Of a stretch of DNA of 10,115 nucleotides, positions 5,983 through 10,115 are shown in pieces (position 1 is the stretch's first letter; each line of letters opens with the position of its first letter). The position numbers and the translations under genes were made by a program. The notes beneath the pieces are model-generated. The model was given only the letters and a program-made list of their open reading frames with translations, did not search any database and had not been told where the DNA came from. The DNA comes from a virus (taxonomy: Duplodnaviria > Heunggongvirae > Uroviricota > Caudoviricetes), in IMG/VR virus record IMGVR_UViG_3300046779_001955, positions 1 to 10,115 of that record; one strand, written 5' to 3'.

Positions 5983-6236
5983 AATTTGCCTTCGTTGTCA
6001 AGCAGTCTATTCAATACTGCCTGCGCTACTATAGCAGAAGTTACAGGTTGATGCGACACCCACTCTTTCAAAAGATGCTCAATTGAGTCGTCAGCACTTT
6101 GTCCGGCTCTAATAACAATGGGTTGATTGTTGCGTACTACTATTGCAGCCACAGGCTTTTGATCAATCATAAGCATCTTGACATTGTTATCAAACAATAT
6201 TTCTACTTGTCGGTTGTCAATTTTGTTCCACTTCAT
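5979..6236 (-). CDS. Hypothetical protein (85 aa)
   Basis: ATGA overlap with the methyltransferase; starts 1 nt after the upstream stop. Confidence 0.8.
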   Translation of the reverse strand: MKWNKIDNRQVEILFDNNVKMLMIDQKPVAAIVVRNNQPIVIRAGQSADDSIEHLLKEWVSHQPVTSAIVAQAVLNRLLDNEGKL

Positions 6237-6237
6237 G

Positions 6238-6516
6238 TTATGTCCATTTCAATACAAATGCTAGTTGATCTCGCTCGCTGTCAAAATAAAAAATATACCT
6301 GCCAGGATGACCAAAGCTGGCCATGTCAACAATTTGCCAGCGCCATTCACTCTGCAGTTCACTGCGACACCATGCCAACACAGTGTCTATTGTTCCCATG
6401 GGTTTGGTTATTTCTTTGGCGTGCGGAAATCCACGCGGTTCTTCATCACCAAATACCCAAAGATTTCTATGACTTTCTGATATAGTAGTTATGGATGTAT
6501 TTGTCACACAGATCAA
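6238..6516 (-). CDS. Hypothetical protein with C-terminal YIFYFDSERDQLAFVLKW motif (start uncertain)
   Basis: 3' end is clear; the TTG start at 6516 overlaps the upstream gene by 50 nt, so the true start may be downstream. Confidence 0.7.
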   Translation of the reverse strand: MICVTNTSITTISESHRNLWVFGDEEPRGFPHAKEITKPMGTIDTVLAWCRSELQSEWRWQIVDMASFGHPGRYIFYFDSERDQLAFVLKWT

Positions 6517-6718
6517 TGTCTTTTATTTTTACATAGGACAAGAGAAAATCAGTAATACCAAACTTTTGGCAGAAGCTTTCACCATAAGATTCCCCTTGTA
6601 ATGCTTGGAATATATATTGTCGTTTCCAAGACTGAAATTGTTTTTCACTAATCTTTACTTCACTTTGGGGTTTGATTTCCGTACGATATTGATCCAGTAT
6701 TTGCGAAAAAACCTTCAT
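6467..6718 (-). CDS. Hypothetical protein (83 aa)
   Basis: 4-nt start/stop overlap with the upstream gene. Confidence 0.8.
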   Translation of the reverse strand: MKVFSQILDQYRTEIKPQSEVKISEKQFQSWKRQYIFQALQGESYGESFCQKFGITDFLLSYVKIKDIDLCDKYIHNYYIRKS

Positions 6719-7059
6719 CCGATGGTCCTTATAAAGCCCACAAAATAAACTCCTAGCAGAGTAGCATTAACCACAATCAAACTCCATTCACGCCAAAGTA
6801 TAGCTGTTATTAACCAACTGGCGCTACCTAAGTTTAAGAACCAAATATGGTACGGACGAAGATCAAGACTTACGCATACCGCAGCCACTAGCATGATCAC
6901 AGTACTAATCCACTTTGACCATGAGGTAATAATGTCATGCCGTTGTTGGAACCAATCTTTGATTCGTTGCCGGCGTGTTGCAGGATCGTCGCTCAAAAAC
7001 TCCGGAGCGCAATTAGATAATCCTGCTACTCTGGCCCAAAAATTTTCATAATCATTCAT
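6715..7059 (-). CDS. Small membrane protein with three C-terminal TM helices, PnuC/SemiSWEET-half-like (114 aa)
   Basis: KWISTVIMLVAAVCVSL, YHIWFLNLGSASWLITAILW and WSLIVVNATLLGVYFVGF segments; ATG 7059 overlaps the upstream stop (ATGAATGA). Confidence 0.6.
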   Translation of the reverse strand: MNDYENFWARVAGLSNCAPEFLSDDPATRRQRIKDWFQQRHDIITSWSKWISTVIMLVAAVCVSLDLRPYHIWFLNLGSASWLITAILWREWSLIVVNATLLGVYFVGFIRTIG

Positions 7060-7291
7060 TGTTTTTTCTTCGATATTTAAGTACAAACCAAGCTGCGGTA
7101 GCAGGATCTTTGAAAGAAAATATTACCTTGGGAGGAAATTCAACTTCATCGCCAACATCAAACCAATTTTCCAGTTTTTTGGGTATGTATTTCCAGGTGT
7201 AGTGTTGGTCAACATAGTAACCTAAGACTCTAAGTTCTCTAACAATATCCAACGCCCTGTGTGGATTACAAGGTGTCAGGTCTATGTCCAT
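7052..7291 (-). CDS. Hypothetical protein (79 aa) with C-terminal VIFSFKDPATAAWFVLKY motif
   Basis: Overlaps both neighbours by 8-10 nt. Confidence 0.8.
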   Translation of the reverse strand: MDIDLTPCNPHRALDIVRELRVLGYYVDQHYTWKYIPKKLENWFDVGDEVEFPPKVIFSFKDPATAAWFVLKYRRKNNE

Positions 7292-8112
7292 AAGCTTCTA
7301 CGAATTTTTATTAGACGAATCATCATCTCCTCATCTTCCGCTTCGTAAGCTTCTTCTAGTTCTCGCATCTTGTTGTGCATGGGAGTTGTGTCAATTCGGT
7401 CATCGCTGTCGTCGTCAAGAATATCCAACACACTACCCCCGGCTTGACGTTTACTTTCGCAGAACGCACTCCATCCTGATGCTTCCATAGGGTCTACACG
7501 CTTGGGACGCTCAACAGTCCACCATGTATACAGAGCTAGAATTTCTGCTGCACTGTGCGCTTGATGTGTTAGTTCGCCGTAACTAGGATCATTTTCGTCG
7601 GTATAATTCTTGTTGTCACAGGTCATTTGCCAAGCAAGATTATCCAATCCTGATTGTGGACAACGCCAAGTGCGCCAGCGGAACCAACCTGTTGAATAAA
7701 ACGGTGCATTGTACTTGGCACGTTCGTCTTGGTTGCTCCATGCAATGTTCCACCATGCCAGTTCTATTTCAACAAAGTCAACAAGTTCGTTAAACAGACA
7801 TGGAAGAAAACGGTCGCCAACATCACACCAGTCGCCAGGGCGAATGTCACGTGGATGAGCGGTAAGAGCATGAGTTTTAGTGACCCAACGATTGTTGATA
7901 TAGTATTTGAGACCATATAGTTTGTCTGGTATGTAGTAAAAAAATCGTTGTAAGTAATCCAATCCTTCCTCAGCTAGCCAATAACGGATCGGATGCTTTT
8001 CTTGTGCTTCTTTACGCCACACTTTCCAACCTGAATGTGTGAGGGCACTGGGGCTAGGTGTACCACGTAGCCAGTCAGCAAAAGGTCCAATTGTCCAATA
8101 ATGATTACGCAT
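7282..8112 (-). CDS. Hypothetical Trp-rich protein (276 aa)
   Basis: Long ORF starting immediately after the upstream stop; no catalytic motif recognised. Confidence 0.85.
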   Translation of the reverse strand: MRNHYWTIGPFADWLRGTPSPSALTHSGWKVWRKEAQEKHPIRYWLAEEGLDYLQRFFYYIPDKLYGLKYYINNRWVTKTHALTAHPRDIRPGDWCDVGDRFLPCLFNELVDFVEIELAWWNIAWSNQDERAKYNAPFYSTGWFRWRTWRCPQSGLDNLAWQMTCDNKNYTDENDPSYGELTHQAHSAAEILALYTWWTVERPKRVDPMEASGWSAFCESKRQAGGSVLDILDDDSDDRIDTTPMHNKMRELEEAYEAEDEEMMIRLIKIRRSLWT

Positions 8113-8331
8113 TTAACCCTCTATGTGTGCAACAATGGTTGCTTTGGTAATTACGATACCGTCTTTATACATAATTTGATTTTTGAATTCAGACAAAGCA
8201 CTTTCTTTGTCGTAACTCCCAACATAAGGCATCTTGGCATCGCCGGTAACTACTTTACCGTTGCGGTCAACTCCTTCGAATTCAATGCGAATTCGTCCTC
8301 GACCAAACAGTCCTTTAATCCAATCAATCAT
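8113..8331 (-). CDS. Hypothetical protein (72 aa, MIDWIKGLFGRGRIRIEF...)
   Basis: ATG 8331 overlaps the YccA stop (ATGATTGA); preferred over 8364. Confidence 0.75.
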   Translation of the reverse strand: MIDWIKGLFGRGRIRIEFEGVDRNGKVVTGDAKMPYVGSYDKESALSEFKNQIMYKDGIVITKATIVAHIEG

Positions 8332-8995
8332 TTTTGTCGCCAAACAGTTGAAGTAAATTAACAAATATATTAATAAAATCTAAATATAAGGTCAATGCCC
8401 CAACGATTTCGGCACGTCCGGTTTCATCGTAAACAATTTCTTCTCGAATCTGTTGTGTGTCGTATGCTGTCAATGCCAGGAAGATTAAGATAGCCACGGC
8501 ACTGATAATCATCTGCATCACAGATGAGCCAATGAAAATGTTAATGATGCTGACAATGATTATAGCGATTAGCGCAACCATACACCACTTGCCAATGGAG
8601 TCCAAACTACGCTTGGTAAAGTATCCATAAAAACTCATGGTACCAAACAACACTGCTGCACCACCAAATGCCGACGCAATTGATCCCATCTTGTACACTA
8701 CAAAGATCGAAGCCAGACTTAGGCCAATTACAGCAGCAAAGGCATGTAGAAATATCTGTGCCATGGGTCTGGATATTGATTCAATTATCGCACCAAGTCC
8801 CAGAGCCATGATAATTGGAGCAAACAATATGATCCACTTTAACGGAGTGGCAAAGAACAAATGCATCAAGGCCGGACTTTGGCTTACTAAAAAACTTATC
8901 ACCATGCTGTTGACAACAGCCAGAGCCATGTTTAGATAAACTCTGGCCATAGATTCATTGACTTCGGCTGCGGACTTTACTGTCGCTGCAAACAT
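8324..8995 (-). CDS. yccA: Bax inhibitor-1/YccA (TMBIM) family membrane protein (223 aa)
   Basis: Seven hydrophobic segments, YGYFTKRSL, LTAYDTQQI and GALTLYLDFINIFVNLL motifs; AGGAGG SD. Confidence 0.92.
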   Translation of the reverse strand: MFAATVKSAAEVNESMARVYLNMALAVVNSMVISFLVSQSPALMHLFFATPLKWIILFAPIIMALGLGAIIESISRPMAQIFLHAFAAVIGLSLASIFVVYKMGSIASAFGGAAVLFGTMSFYGYFTKRSLDSIGKWCMVALIAIIIVSIINIFIGSSVMQMIISAVAILIFLALTAYDTQQIREEIVYDETGRAEIVGALTLYLDFINIFVNLLQLFGDKND

Positions 8996-9016
8996 GTTAC
9001 CTCCTGAAAATAAAAA

Positions 9017-9268
9017 TTACTGTTTTGAATCGATGCAATACCCACCTTTGAACTTATAAACTCCACTGTCAAAGCTCATACGCTCGTAGATTTCGTTGTT
9101 AAAACACTTAAAGGGATCTTTGTAGTTAGAGAAATAACTATAACCCGCATAACCGATACTGCCAAATACTGCGACCAAGATGACGAGAATAATAACACCC
9201 TTGAGATTGGACATTACATTCGGAAGCACCCCTAGAATTTGGGGCAACATTTTGAGGAAGTCTTTCAT
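9017..9268 (-). CDS. Single-pass membrane protein (83 aa) with C-terminal Cys pair
   Basis: GVIILVILVAVFGSIGYAGYSYF TM segment; 4-nt overlap with the upstream stop. Confidence 0.75.
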   Translation of the reverse strand: MKDFLKMLPQILGVLPNVMSNLKGVIILVILVAVFGSIGYAGYSYFSNYKDPFKCFNNEIYERMSFDSGVYKFKGGYCIDSKQ

Positions 9269-10115
9269 ATGTCAACATATTTAACCTCAAAATTGTCAGC
9301 TCGGTCTTCGTACCCATCGTAACCACGAGGATTGCAAATAACTCGAGTGGTACCAATCATGTAGTCAAAATCCTCGTGTGTATGTCCATGTGTCCACAGC
9401 TTAATTTCTCTCCGATCCAAAATAAAATCATCTAGGTTGGTGCTGTATGCACCATTCATAACAACTTCATTTTTATAACGTGGATGAGTTGATGCCTTGC
9501 TGGGAGCATGATGTCCCACCACAACTACTGGAACATCAGGACGCAGAGCCAATGCCGCATCTAAATTACGGCGAAACTTATAGTGTTCTTCAACAGCATC
9601 AGCGGGTATAAAGTTGCTGGGACGTTGTATCATCTTGTGAATGGTTTTGCCAGGATTTTCTGGATCTGGCAAGCTGGTCTGATATTCCAACATGTTGTTG
9701 GAATTTTTCACGCAATTAAAATCATTCATCATGGTACGAATCATGGCCATTGTAGCACGATCCTCGCCATTCATGTCTGTCCACAATGTGCCGCCAAAGA
9801 ACATGACATCGTTGATGATAACCCACTCGTTGTCAAGGAAGTGGAAGTTATTAAACGCACCAAACGTGCCGCGAATAATGTTGGCAGTTTCAGCAAAGTC
9901 ACCGTGATAGTGTTCATGATTGCCCATGATAAACACCACATGCGGAAATTCTTCAATACAGCCGCGGATGAAATTAAAAATTCTATCGGCACGAGCTTTT
10001 TGGCCGCTGGTAGCAGCAACCAACTGCGCACTTTCATCGTAGAGCCAAGATTTCAAATCCGAAGCCACAAAGATATCACCGCCAAGTATTAAAACATCGG
10101 CGTTGTTGGTATTTG
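9265..10115 (-). CDS. Calcineurin-like metallophosphoesterase, N-terminus beyond the window
   Basis: Frame is open to the right edge (NTNNADVLILGGDIFVASDL...); motifs GD, GNHEHY, GGTLWTD, GHHAP and HGHTH. Confidence 0.9.
   Translation of the reverse strand, partial: NTNNADVLILGGDIFVASDLKSWLYDESAQLVAATSGQKARADRIFNFIRGCIEEFPHVVFIMGNHEHYHGDFAETANIIRGTFGAFNNFHFLDNEWVIINDVMFFGGTLWTDMNGEDRATMAMIRTMMNDFNCVKNSNNMLEYQTSLPDPENPGKTIHKMIQRPSNFIPADAVEEHYKFRRNLDAALALRPDVPVVVVGHHAPSKASTHPRYKNEVVMNGAYSTNLDDFILDRREIKLWTHGHTHEDFDYMIGTTRVICNPRGYDGYEDRADNFEVKYVDI

Noticed and set aside
6467-7284. TAG stops as a sign of alternative genetic code
   Set aside because: Both TAGs (6467, 7282) end genes where downstream ORFs already overlap, and long genes are intact under code 11.
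9583-10092. 169-aa plus-strand ORF, and the other plus-strand ORFs in the track
   Set aside because: Antisense shadows of well-supported minus-strand genes; no plus-strand promoters or SDs noticed.
1-10115. tRNA, rRNA, integrase, transposase or structural phage genes
   Set aside because: None recognised; the phage origin is therefore an inference from architecture, not from hallmark genes.

Overview
A gene-dense stretch with every credible gene on the minus strand. It reads like the accessory or early region of a large lytic tailed phage; this is inferred from the small unknown ORFs, stop/start coupling and stacked sigma70 promoters, as no hallmark structural or replication gene is present. 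Right part (about 4983-10115): one tightly coupled gene run encoding a calcineurin-like metallophosphoesterase (truncated at the window edge), a BI-1/YccA membrane protein, a 3-TM PnuC/SemiSWEET-like protein, a TylF/MycF-type O-methyltransferase and small hypothetical proteins. Middle (2771-5003): a separately promoted three-gene unit whose first two genes encode a ParB/Srx-fold DGQH(R->T) protein and an EHxxP HNH-like nuclease, i.e. a split GmrSD/SspE/Dnd-like architecture and the best candidate for an undescribed system. Left part (1-2760): short transcription units behind five consensus sigma70 promoters, four of them copies of one 42-57 bp promoter(+RBS) cassette. It also holds a ribosomal bL12-CTD-like fusion and two hydrophobic micro-ORFs missed by the ORF track (41 aa and 21 aa); the 41-aa one contains a 20-bp uninterrupted, G-U-rich RNA helix. 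All family calls are by motif recognition, not database search.
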